Shown here in pieces: positions 8,597 to 16,969 of a stretch of 64,000 bases of DNA (position 1 is its first letter; each line of letters starts with the position of its first letter). The position numbers were made by a program, and so were the translations under genes. The notes beneath the pieces were generated by a model. The model was not told the DNA's origin, made no database searches, and saw nothing but the letters and a program-made list of their open reading frames with translations. This DNA comes from Azorhizobium sp. AG788 (GTDB lineage: Bacteria > Pseudomonadota > Alphaproteobacteria > Rhizobiales > Xanthobacteraceae). Where the stretch lies: contig CALRNP020000001.1 of assembly GCA_943369575.1 (NCBI GenBank), positions 1,129 through 65,128 of the forward strand. Direction: 5' to 3'.

Positions 8597-9484
8597 CTAC
8601 TTGTGCTTCTCCCCGTCCACGAGCATCGCAAGGAATGCGGTCACCTTCGCTGGCCGGAATCGGGCAGCGGGATAGACCGCATGGATGCCTCCGGTTGGCA
8701 ATTGCCACTCCGGCGCGGCATGAACGAGATGACCCGACAGGATCAGGTCGGCAACCAGAAAATCCGGCAGAATCGAAAGGCCACCGCTGGCCAAAACCGC
8801 GGCGAGAACGGCGGGGGTCGTATCGATGGCGATCGCTGCTTGCATACGCACCGCACGGCGCTCGAGATCACCCCGTGAAAACTGCCACAGCAGCGGTTCC
8901 TTCAAAGCCATGTTGGCGACAAAGGGCAGCGCCGCCACGTCCTCCGGCTCACGAGCGGTCGCGAGTTGTTCCGCGAACCCGATGCCCCCGACCAGGATCT
9001 GCCGAAACGATCCGATCTTCCGGGCTTGAAGCGCTGAATCCTCCAGCCAGCCGACACGGATCGCCACATCAACCTCACCAGAGAGGAGATCCACCGTCTG
9101 GTCACGGAGCATCAATTCAACTTTGCATGCCGGATAGCGGGCAGTGAAGGCCGTTACTGTCGGGACCACCTTCGTGATACCGTAGTCATTTGGCGCCGTA
9201 ATGCGCAATGTGCCAGTGGGTTCGGCCGCTACTTGTGCCAGTTCGCCGAATGCGTCCTCTGCCTCACGCAAAATCAGGATGCAGCGGGCGTGAAACATTC
9301 GGCCTGCCTCGGTGGGATGCACCCGCCGCGTGGTGCGGATCAGGAGGCTTGTGCCGATCTCACGCTCTAATTCAGCCACCTGCTGGCTGACGACGGCCTT
9401 GGTGATGCGAAGCCGCTCGGCCGCCCGGGTGAAGGAGCCAGTGTCGACCACCGCTGAGAAATAGGCCAGCCGGTTTAGATTCAT
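8597..9484 (-). CDS. LysR-family transcriptional regulator
   Basis: N-terminal wHTH MNLNRLAYFSAVVDTGSFTRAAERLRITKAVVSQQVAELEREIG plus a LysR substrate-binding domain. The start is ATG 9484. It is divergent from the 9606 operon. Confidence 0.85.
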   Translation of the reverse strand: MNLNRLAYFSAVVDTGSFTRAAERLRITKAVVSQQVAELEREIGTSLLIRTTRRVHPTEAGRMFHARCILILREAEDAFGELAQVAAEPTGTLRITAPNDYGITKVVPTVTAFTARYPACKVELMLRDQTVDLLSGEVDVAIRVGWLEDSALQARKIGSFRQILVGGIGFAEQLATAREPEDVAALPFVANMALKEPLLWQFSRGDLERRAVRMQAAIAIDTTPAVLAAVLASGGLSILPDFLVADLILSGHLVHAAPEWQLPTGGIHAVYPAARFRPAKVTAFLAMLVDGEKHK

Positions 9485-9605
9485 GGCGGTCACTAGACAT
9501 CGTCGCACCTGCAATTGTCAATATTAGGCATACAGTGTGTTAATTTTGTTGGTCTTCTGCATACCGGTCAGGCCTGCCATCTTAGGTCCAGACAGGGAGC
9601 AAGAC

Positions 9606-10250
9606 ATGGTCAACCAGACCCGCCTCACCTACCTTTTCGATCCACTCTGTGGCTGGTGCTACGGCGCCTCGCCCACGCTCGATCAGATCGCGTCCCGCAG
9701 CGACTTCAAGCTCAAGCTCGCCCCGACAGGCCTTTTTGCCGGTGAGGGTAGCCGACCTATGGATCCAAGTTTCGCAGCTTTTGCCTGGTCCAATGACCAG
9801 CGCATCAAGCGCCTGACCGGGCAAGAGTTCAGCGAGGATTATCGAAGCCAAATCCTGGGCGACCATACCCGCCTGTTCGACTCCGGTCCTGCAACCTTGG
9901 CGCTCACCGCCGTGGCACTGTCAGCCCCCGCCCGCGAACTGGAGGCTTTGAGCGCCATTCAGCGCGCTCGCTACATAGAAGGTCGCGACACCACCGATTT
10001 CAAGATCCTCTCAGATGTGCTGAACAGTTTGGGGCTGTCTGAGATTGCTGTGCGCTTACATGTGCCCGACGAGAGACTTCTCGACGCATGTCGCGAGCGC
10101 ATCAAGGCCGCTCGGAATATCGCGCATCAGTTCGGTAGCGATGGCGTCCCATCTCTTATTGTCGGTGAAGGTGGTCACGGACGCCTCGTAAAGACGAGCG
10201 CGCTGCTTGCCGGCATCAATGCACTGCTTGCAGAGCTGCGAGCCACCTGA
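9606..10250 (+). CDS. DsbA-family thioredoxin-fold protein (cytoplasmic FrnE/HCCA-isomerase-like)
   Basis: LTYLFDPLCGWCYG carries a CxxC motif in a DsbA-like context and no signal peptide is evident. ATG 9606 was chosen over the track start at 9537. Confidence 0.7.
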   Translation: MVNQTRLTYLFDPLCGWCYGASPTLDQIASRSDFKLKLAPTGLFAGEGSRPMDPSFAAFAWSNDQRIKRLTGQEFSEDYRSQILGDHTRLFDSGPATLALTAVALSAPARELEALSAIQRARYIEGRDTTDFKILSDVLNSLGLSEIAVRLHVPDERLLDACRERIKAARNIAHQFGSDGVPSLIVGEGGHGRLVKTSALLAGINALLAELRAT

Positions 10251-10320
10251 TTTCCACCCCCGCGCCGATCCATCTCGCGTCTGTGACGCATGTATCCATA
10301 TTTCGCGAAGGAGAAGAACC

Positions 10321-11220
10321 ATGTTCACCCGGAGAGACCTCATGAAGACCACGCTCGCCGCTGCCGGAATGGCCGCGATGGCCCCCGCCGGCCTCGGCAG
10401 CGCCGCCGCCGCGGATCTGACCTGGAAGCACTTCCCCGCCGGCCCGAACGGCTTCTTCCGCGCCCCGGTGCTGGTCAGCGGCCCCACCGAAGCCATCCTG
10501 ATCGACGGTGGCTTCACATTGTCCGACGGGCGCGCCCTCGCCGAGGCCATCAAGGCCAATGGCAAGCGGCTGACCACCGTCTATGTCAGCCAGAGCGACC
10601 CGGACTATTATTTCGGCCTGCGTCCGATCCAGGAGGCATTCCCCGATGCGCGCATCATCGCCGCCTCGGACACGATTGCCGCCATCAACGCCAATGTGGA
10701 GAAGAAACTGGCCACCTGGGGCCCGCAGCTCAAGGACAACGGCCCCCAGACCCTCGCCGACGTAGTGATCCCCAAGCCGTTCGACGGAAAAACGCTGACC
10801 GTGGACGGCCAGACCATCGAGATCATCGATGCGCAGGGCCTGCCCAACCGGCGCTATCTGTGGGTGCCCGCGCTGCAGGCGGTATTCGGCGGCGTGCTGA
10901 TCTTCTCGGGCGTGCATGTCTGGACCGCGGACACCCAGACCAAGGACCTGCGCACGGCCTGGATTGCCACCCTGGACGCCATCGCCGCCCGCAAGCCCAC
11001 CGTGGTCGTGCCCGGCCACATGACGGTGGATGCCGCGACCAATGTCTCGGCCGTGCAGTTCACCAAGGCCTATCTCATCGCCTTCGAGGAAGAACTGGCC
11101 AAGGCCAAGGGCTCGGCGGCGCTGATCTCCACCATGCAGGCCCGCTTCCCCGGCCTCGGCATGGAAGTGGCCCTCAACATCGGTGCCAAGGTGGCCACCG
11201 GCGAAATGAAGTGGGGCTGA
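10321..11220 (+). CDS. MBL-fold (metallo-beta-lactamase superfamily) protein with a Tat signal and an atypical metal motif
   Basis: ATG 10321 is preceded by SD AGGAGAA. The Tat leader is MFTRRDLMKTTLAAAGMAAMAP. MBL-fold landmarks are present (EAILIDGGFT...TTVYVSQSDPDYYFG...VVVPGHM), but the canonical HxHxDH position reads QSDPDY. Confidence 0.7.
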   Translation: MFTRRDLMKTTLAAAGMAAMAPAGLGSAAAADLTWKHFPAGPNGFFRAPVLVSGPTEAILIDGGFTLSDGRALAEAIKANGKRLTTVYVSQSDPDYYFGLRPIQEAFPDARIIAASDTIAAINANVEKKLATWGPQLKDNGPQTLADVVIPKPFDGKTLTVDGQTIEIIDAQGLPNRRYLWVPALQAVFGGVLIFSGVHVWTADTQTKDLRTAWIATLDAIAARKPTVVVPGHMTVDAATNVSAVQFTKAYLIAFEEELAKAKGSAALISTMQARFPGLGMEVALNIGAKVATGEMKWG

Positions 11221-11222
11221 TC

Positions 11223-11618
11223 ATGGGCGCCAATCTCGATCTGGTCCGCTCCACCTATGAGGGCACGTCGGAGGACAATGGCCGCAACCTGCTGGCAGCC
11301 CTTGCGCCCGACGCGGAGTGGACGGAAGCCGCCGGCTTTCCTTATGCCGGCACCTATGTGGGCCCGGAGGCGATCACGGCCGGCGTGTTCCATCGCCTGG
11401 GCACCGAATGGATCGGCTATCGCGCCGAGGTCCACACCTTCATGGAGGACGGCGACCGCGTCGCCGCTTTCGGCGTCTACTCCGGCACCTACAAGGCCAC
11501 CGGCAAGTCCATGCGCGCCAGCTTCGCCCACCTTTTCGAGGTGAAGAACGGCAAGATCGTGCGCATGACCCAGTATGTGGACAGTGCCATGGTGCGCGCG
11601 GCCCTGAAGGCTGATTAG
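11223..11618 (+). CDS. SnoaL/NTF2-like (ketosteroid-isomerase-like) small protein
   Basis: 131 aa starting 2 nt after the MBL stop. The pattern ...VHTFMEDGDRVAAFGVYSGTYKATGKSMRASFAHLFEVKNGKIVRMTQYVD is typical of the SnoaL-like polyketide-cyclase/NTF2 fold. Confidence 0.65.
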   Translation: MGANLDLVRSTYEGTSEDNGRNLLAALAPDAEWTEAAGFPYAGTYVGPEAITAGVFHRLGTEWIGYRAEVHTFMEDGDRVAAFGVYSGTYKATGKSMRASFAHLFEVKNGKIVRMTQYVDSAMVRAALKAD

Positions 11619-11878
11619 AGCCACTGTCAGGGACCTTCTGCGGTCGGGCAGATCACAGCTTCGGCCACTCCTCAATGGGTGGTCGAAGCAAATGAGGGAG
11701 GATCCTGACGTCGCCTGACGCAAGGACGCCATTAGTGGATGGCAAAAGCGAGTAAGGCTGTCTCTCCCAATTAACGCAAATGATGCTGCGACTTAAATGG
11801 GGCGGTTGGATGGGAATTCATCTGACACTATTAATGCAATTTTCTCGTAAAATTATAACAATAAAACTCCTTTGAATG

Positions 11879-11895
11879 GAGAGAGATACTCTCTC
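11879..11895. terminator. GAGAGAG-ATA-CTCTCTC hairpin in an AT-rich islet; possible terminator of the minus-strand amidase operon
   Basis: 7-bp perfect stem with a 3-nt loop, 36 nt beyond the stop at 11931. On the minus strand it is followed by ATTCAAAGGAGTTTTATTG, which is T-rich but not a clean U-tract. Confidence 0.35.
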
Positions 11896-11930
11896 TAAGC
11901 CTTAATAAATCAAGGTCTTGCGAGGCCGGA

Positions 11931-12620
11931 TCAGCTGGTGGCTGCCACACGGTGTCCAGCGGTCAATTGATTCAGCACACGGTCCAGCGGCTCCACGTCG
12001 CCGAATTTCGCGTCGATGTCGAACAGGTTCCAGGCGATGGCTCCGGCGATGCGGTCGCCCACCGCTTCGCGCACCACGATCGGCCGGAAGCCCTCCGCCA
12101 TGGCATCTTCGGTGGAGTGGCGCACGCAGGCCGAGGCGGTGACGCCGGTGAGCACCACCGTATCAACGCCGATGGCCTTCAACAGGCTGGAGAGCGGGGT
12201 GCCGTGAAAGGCGCTGGCGCGCTTCTTCAGGATCACGAATTCCCCGTCGCGCGGGGCGAGGGCGGCGTCGATCTCCGCCTCCCAGCTCCCGGTCTTCATC
12301 GCCTCCAGCGGCACCTTGCGCGCCCACAGGCCCATGTCGGTCGCCGCGCCGGCGGTGACGTCATAGGCGGTGGTGGTGAAGACAATGGGCAGGCCCCTGG
12401 CGCGGAAGGCCGCGAGGAGGGCCTGATTGGCCGGGATCACCGTCTCCATGCCCGAGCAGGAAAACGGGCTGCCCGGCTGGGTCCAGCCATTGGCCATGTC
12501 GATGATGATGAGCGCCGGGCTGGTGCCGAAGCCCACCCGCCGCTCGAACCCCCGTTCGGCGTAGAAGGCGGAATTGGCGGCAAAAATCGACCCGAGGGTC
12601 TGGTTGAGCACATCGGTCAT
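11931..12620 (-). CDS. Isochorismatase-like cysteine hydrolase (N-carbamoylsarcosine amidase / biuret-hydrolase-type family)
   Basis: 229 aa. ALIIIDMANGW carries the catalytic Asp context, ILKKRASAF the Lys, and VVLTGVTASACVRHSTEDA the nucleophile Cys. It is the last gene of the operon. Confidence 0.85.
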   Translation of the reverse strand: MTDVLNQTLGSIFAANSAFYAERGFERRVGFGTSPALIIIDMANGWTQPGSPFSCSGMETVIPANQALLAAFRARGLPIVFTTTAYDVTAGAATDMGLWARKVPLEAMKTGSWEAEIDAALAPRDGEFVILKKRASAFHGTPLSSLLKAIGVDTVVLTGVTASACVRHSTEDAMAEGFRPIVVREAVGDRIAGAIAWNLFDIDAKFGDVEPLDRVLNQLTAGHRVAATS

Positions 12621-12647
12621 GGCTGGAGCTCCGCTGGTGGTGGGGCG

Positions 12648-13958
12648 TCAGGCGTCGGCGCGGTAGAGTGGGGTTTCCACATCGATGACCGGCGCCAGGG
12701 CTTCGCCCAGCGCCAGCAGTCGGGCATCGCCATAGCGCGGCGCCACGATCTGGACCCCCACCGGAAGGCCCATGGGGCCGGTGGTGCAGGGAATGCCAAG
12801 GCAGGGCACATGCAGCAGCGTCCAGATGGCGTTGAAGATGTGATTGCCGGTGTTGTAGGTGCCTTCCGGCGCCTCGCCGGGGGAGGCGGGGGTGAGCACC
12901 ACGTCGAAATCCGCATAGAGGGCTTCGAAGGCCCGCCGGCAATCGGCGGCGAGGTTATAGGCGGCGATCAACTGCTCCGAGGTGATGCCCAGGGCATTGG
13001 TGACCCGCTCATGGAAATCGGCGTGCAGGCGATCACCGAACTCCAGGGCCACGTCCAGGAACGAGGCGCGGCCCTCTGCCATCATGATGGTGTTCTGCGC
13101 CTCGAACAGGCCGTCGAATGCCGGAGGCAAGGTCAGCTCCACCAGGGTCGCCCCCGCCTTTGACAGCCGGGCGCAGGCGGCCTCCAGGGCTTTTTCGCCC
13201 GCAGGCTCGATCTTGTGCCAGGATGGCGATTTGCACCAAGCGACCTTCAGCGAGGAGACCTCCGGCACGGCGAGCGCCCCCGCATCGTCCAGGCGGAAGG
13301 CGGTGGCCACCAGGGTGAGGTCCGCCACCGAGCGGCCATACCAGCCGATGGTATCGAGCGAATTGGCATATTGCTTGGCGCCCTCGCGGCTGACCGCGCC
13401 CCAGGTGGGCTTCAGGCCATAGATGCCGTTGAACGAGGCCGGGCGGATGTGCGAGCCGCCGGTCTGGGTGCCGAAGGCAAGCTGTACCTGCCGGTCGCCC
13501 ACCGCGGCGCCCGAACCGGAGGAGGAGCCGCCCGGCGTATGGGTGAAATTCTTGGGGTTGCGGGTGGCAGCGCGGCGGCCGGCGGCGGCGAACTCCAGCG
13601 TGTCGGTTTTGCCCAGGATGACCGCACCGGAGCGCCGGGCAACCCCGACGCAGGCGGCATCGCGGGCCGGACGGTAATCCTGGAACACCGGGGAGTTATA
13701 GGTGGTGGGCATGTCGGCGGTGTCGATCATGTCCTTGACCCCGAACGGAAGCCCATGCAGCGGGCCCATGGGCGGGCGCTTGTCCAGTTCGCGCGCGGCG
13801 GCGATGGCCTGGGCCTTGTTCACATAAAGCCAGGCCTTCACCTGTGGGTCGCGCGCCTCGATGCGCGCCAGGCAGGAGCGGATGAGGGCTTCGCTGGTCA
13901 GCTTGCCATCGCGGATGTGGGCGGCCGCCTCGGCGGCGGTCAGAAAACAGGGTTCCAT
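12648..13958 (-). CDS. Amidase-signature (AS) family amidase, copy A5
   Basis: 436 aa. LPFGVKDM carries the catalytic Lys, [11 protein letters not shown] is the AS Gly/Ser-rich motif and GTQTGGSHIRPAS carries the Ser nucleophile. It is a close tandem paralogue of A4. Confidence 0.9.
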   Translation of the reverse strand: MEPCFLTAAEAAAHIRDGKLTSEALIRSCLARIEARDPQVKAWLYVNKAQAIAAARELDKRPPMGPLHGLPFGVKDMIDTADMPTTYNSPVFQDYRPARDAACVGVARRSGAVILGKTDTLEFAAAGRRAATRNPKNFTHTPGGSSSGSGAAVGDRQVQLAFGTQTGGSHIRPASFNGIYGLKPTWGAVSREGAKQYANSLDTIGWYGRSVADLTLVATAFRLDDAGALAVPEVSSLKVAWCKSPSWHKIEPAGEKALEAACARLSKAGATLVELTLPPAFDGLFEAQNTIMMAEGRASFLDVALEFGDRLHADFHERVTNALGITSEQLIAAYNLAADCRRAFEALYADFDVVLTPASPGEAPEGTYNTGNHIFNAIWTLLHVPCLGIPCTTGPMGLPVGVQIVAPRYGDARLLALGEALAPVIDVETPLYRADA

Positions 13959-13970
13959 GATGGGGCTTTC

Positions 13971-15299
13971 TCAGGCAGAGGCGAGGAGGCTGGCGCGGCT
14001 GGGGGCGAAATCGTCGAGCACGGGCTGCAGCGCCTGCGCCACGGCCAGAAGGCGAGTGTCGGACAGGCGCGGGCCGACGAGCTGGATGCCCACCGGCAGC
14101 CCCAGATCGCCCAGCACCGTGGGGATGGCAACGCAGGGCGTGTGCAGCAGAGTCCACAGGCCGTTGAAGATCCAATCGCCGACCGTGTGCAGGCCCTTGG
14201 GCGCTTCCCCGGTGGCGGCGGGGGCCAGCACCGCATCGAAGCCAGAGGCGATGGCATCGAATTCGCGGCGGCAGATGTCGGCGAAATCGTAGGCCGCGAC
14301 CAGCCGCTGGGGCGTCACGCCGCGTCCATTCTCCACCGTCAGCCGCAATTCGGGATGCATGCCGTCGCGGTCGCGCAGATATTCGTCATAGAGCGCCACC
14401 CGGCCGTCGCCGAACATGATCATGGTGTGGGCTTCCGACAGATCGGCGAAATGCGCCGGCAGCACGATCTCCTCGACGATGGCGCCCGCCCGCTGCAGGC
14501 GCTCCACCGCCGCCGCCATGGCCTGCTTCGCTCCGGCTTCGGCCTTGGCCCAATAGGGCGTTTCGCAATAGCCGATGCGCAGCCCGCGCGGATCGCGCGC
14601 TGCCAGATCCGTGATGCCCGGTAGTTGGAACGCCTGCGCCCCCAGGATCAGGTCATCGACGCTGCGGCCATACCAGCCCACCGTATCGAGGATGGGCGAG
14701 ATCATGTGCACGCCCTCGCGGCTCACCGTGCCCCAGGAGGGCTTGAGGGCGTAGATGCCGTTGAACGAGGCGGGGCGGATATGGGAGCCTGCGGTCTGCG
14801 TGCCGAAGGCGCAGGGTACCTGATAGTCGCCCACCGCCGCCCCGGAGCCCGAGGACGAGCCGCCCGGCGTGTGCGCCAGATTATAGGGATTGCGGCTGGC
14901 GGCCTTGCGGGAGTTGAAGGCGAATTCCACCGTGTCGGTCTTGCCGAGGATGATCCCGCCGTTGTGGCGGACGATAGCGACGCAGGCCGCGTCCCGCGTC
15001 GGCCGATGCTGCTGCCAGGCGGGCGAATTGTAGGTGGTGGGCATGTCGGCGGTGTCCATGATGTCCTTCACACCGAAGGGCAGGCCATGAAGCGGGCCGG
15101 CCGCCGGGCGCTTGTCCCGTTCGCGGGCCTGACGGATGGCCAGATCCGGGTCCACATGCAGCCAGGCCTTCACCGCCGGATCGCGCGCTTCGATGCGGGC
15201 GAGGCAGGAGCGGACCAGGGCCTCGCTGGTGAGGCGGCCGGCCTTCATCTCCGCCGCCGCTTGGGCGGCGGTGAGGAAGCAGGGTTCAATCGTGTTCAT
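13971..15299 (-). CDS. Amidase-signature family amidase, copy A4
   Basis: 442 aa from ATG 15299. Motifs [19 protein letters not shown] and GTQTAGSHIRPAS are present. The start overlaps the stop of the upstream mini-gene as ATGA. The track start at 15548 was rejected because it lies inside upstream genes. Confidence 0.9.
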   Translation of the reverse strand: MNTIEPCFLTAAQAAAEMKAGRLTSEALVRSCLARIEARDPAVKAWLHVDPDLAIRQARERDKRPAAGPLHGLPFGVKDIMDTADMPTTYNSPAWQQHRPTRDAACVAIVRHNGGIILGKTDTVEFAFNSRKAASRNPYNLAHTPGGSSSGSGAAVGDYQVPCAFGTQTAGSHIRPASFNGIYALKPSWGTVSREGVHMISPILDTVGWYGRSVDDLILGAQAFQLPGITDLAARDPRGLRIGYCETPYWAKAEAGAKQAMAAAVERLQRAGAIVEEIVLPAHFADLSEAHTMIMFGDGRVALYDEYLRDRDGMHPELRLTVENGRGVTPQRLVAAYDFADICRREFDAIASGFDAVLAPAATGEAPKGLHTVGDWIFNGLWTLLHTPCVAIPTVLGDLGLPVGIQLVGPRLSDTRLLAVAQALQPVLDDFAPSRASLLASA

Positions 15300-15505
15300 T
15301 TGGGATCTCGCAGGGCGGTCACGGTGAAGAGATGGGCGGGCTCGTCCTCTTCCGAGGGCATGCGCGGCAGCGCGAGGCCGGCCTCGCGTACGGTCTGGGC
15401 CAGTTCGGCGAGGCGGGCGAACTGGTCGTCCGGCAGGCCCGTGAGCCCGTGGCGTGCGGCATAGAGCCGGATCTCGTCGGTGGTGGAGGTCTGGATGTCG
15501 GACAT
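15296..15505 (-). CDS. GatC/AtzG-like small protein, copy G2
   Basis: 69 aa: MSDIQTSTTDEIRLYAARHGLTGLPDDQFARLAELAQTVREAGLALPRMPSEEDEPAHLFTV.... The helical N-terminus and acidic patch followed by EPAHxF resemble GatC and AtzG. SD GGAAGGA is upstream. It sits between two amidase genes. Confidence 0.6.
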   Translation of the reverse strand: MSDIQTSTTDEIRLYAARHGLTGLPDDQFARLAELAQTVREAGLALPRMPSEEDEPAHLFTVTALRDPK

Positions 15506-15520
15506 GCGGGTCCTTCCGGC

Positions 15521-16960
15521 TCAGAGCGCGGGACGGCGATCGCGCCACGGCGTCGCGGATTCATAGGCTTGGGCGATCTGCAACACGGTCGCCTCATCAA
15601 AGAAGCGGCCGACGATTTGCGCATTCAGGGGCAATCCGCCGGTATCATAGCCGGTGCAGATGGAGAGCGCGGGATGGCCGGTGACATTGAACACCGTGGT
15701 GGCGGTATCGGCAGTGAACGGTGTCACCGTGTCCGGTTCATCGAAGCGCGGCGCCACATGAAATGCGCCGGCGATCAGTAGCGCATCGCAGGATCGCACC
15801 AGGGCGTCGGTGGCGGCGACGAGAGTGCGGCGCAGCCGGGTGGCGGCCAGATAGTCCGCCGCGCGCACGGTGAAGCCGCACATCATCTTTTCGCGCAGGG
15901 CCTGACCCATTAGGGCGCTGCGCTCCAGAAAGTCCTGCTCGTGGATGGAATAGGATTCCGACCAATTGATCACCTTGGTCACGGAGCGGTAGTGCGCCAG
16001 CGGCGCCGGCAGGCGCACGTCGCGGATGATCGCCCCCTGACGCTCCAGGATGCGCGCGGCCTCCTCCAGGGCGGCGGCATTGGCGCCATCCAGATCCGCC
16101 CCCTCCGGGCCGAGGTCGCGGACGAAGCCGATCACACGGCCGCGCACGCCGGCATGCAGGGCCTGGCGATAGTCAGGCACCGGCACATGCGCGCTGGAGG
16201 GGTCGTCCGGATCGAAACCGGAGATGGCCTGCATTACGATGGCGCTGTCCTCCACCGTCCAAGTGAGGGGGCCGGTGTGGTCCAGGGTCCAGCAGTTCGG
16301 CAGGCAGTGCGCGCGGCTGACCCGGCCGAAGGTGGCCTTGAAGCCTTGCAGGCCGCAGGCCGCCGCCGGCAGGCGGATGGAGCCGCCGGTATCCGAACCC
16401 AGCGCGAACATGGCGGTTCCGGCGGCCACCGCCGCTCCCGCGCCGGTGGAGGAGCCGCCGGTGAAGCGGGCCAGATCCCAGGGGTTGCGCGCCACCGGGA
16501 ACGGCAGGTCGTGATAGACGCCGCCATTGCCGGTGCCATATTCCCAGGTGTTCAGCTTGCCCAGCAGGATCGCGCCCGCTGCTTCCAGCCGGGCCACGGC
16601 GGTGGAGGTGGTGGTGGCCATATGATCCAGCATCAGCCGCGAGCCGCCCGTGGTGGGGAGTCCGGCCACATGATAATTGTCCTTCACCGCGAACGGGACG
16701 CCGTGTAGCGGCCCCTTCCAACGTCCGGAATTGATCTCTCGCTCAGCAATGCGGGCCGCCGTCAGCGCCCGCTCGGCGGTGACCCTGATATAGCTGTGCA
16801 GGCGGGCATCGACGGCATCGATCCGGGCCAAGAAGGCTTCGGTGAGGGTGACGGGAGACAGGCTGCCGCTGCCGATGAGGCGGGAGGCCTCGGCCACGCT
16901 GAGGAAATGCAGCGGCGTGGCGGCGTGGGAGAATGCCGAGGCTGAACCTGAGGTGTTCAT
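15521..16960 (-). CDS. Amidase-signature family amidase (AtzE/GatA-like subgroup), copy A3
   Basis: 479 aa with VPFAVKDN, GGSSTGAGAAV and GSDTGGSIRLPA. The overall pattern parallels A1 and A2 (NPWDL..., DH.GP..., VED.A...). Confidence 0.9.
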   Translation of the reverse strand: MNTSGSASAFSHAATPLHFLSVAEASRLIGSGSLSPVTLTEAFLARIDAVDARLHSYIRVTAERALTAARIAEREINSGRWKGPLHGVPFAVKDNYHVAGLPTTGGSRLMLDHMATTTSTAVARLEAAGAILLGKLNTWEYGTGNGGVYHDLPFPVARNPWDLARFTGGSSTGAGAAVAAGTAMFALGSDTGGSIRLPAAACGLQGFKATFGRVSRAHCLPNCWTLDHTGPLTWTVEDSAIVMQAISGFDPDDPSSAHVPVPDYRQALHAGVRGRVIGFVRDLGPEGADLDGANAAALEEAARILERQGAIIRDVRLPAPLAHYRSVTKVINWSESYSIHEQDFLERSALMGQALREKMMCGFTVRAADYLAATRLRRTLVAATDALVRSCDALLIAGAFHVAPRFDEPDTVTPFTADTATTVFNVTGHPALSICTGYDTGGLPLNAQIVGRFFDEATVLQIAQAYESATPWRDRRPAL

Positions 16961-16969
16961 GACGACCTT

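Noticed and set aside
10290-11618. 442-aa plus-strand ORF
   Set aside because: Its first ~310 codons are an alternative frame over the MBL-fold gene and are Arg/Pro/Gly-rich. Only the last 131 codons (from ATG 11223) look like a real NTF2-like protein.
13971-15548. Over-extended N-termini in the ORF track (also 16970-18418, 18067-19206, 23893-25392, 28305-30029, 29954-31534, 39181-40287, 40206-41561, 44207-45073, 48036-49082)
   Set aside because: The extensions overlap upstream genes or are Arg/Pro-rich. Internal starts with SD sequences coincide with the expected family N-termini, so the shorter models were used.
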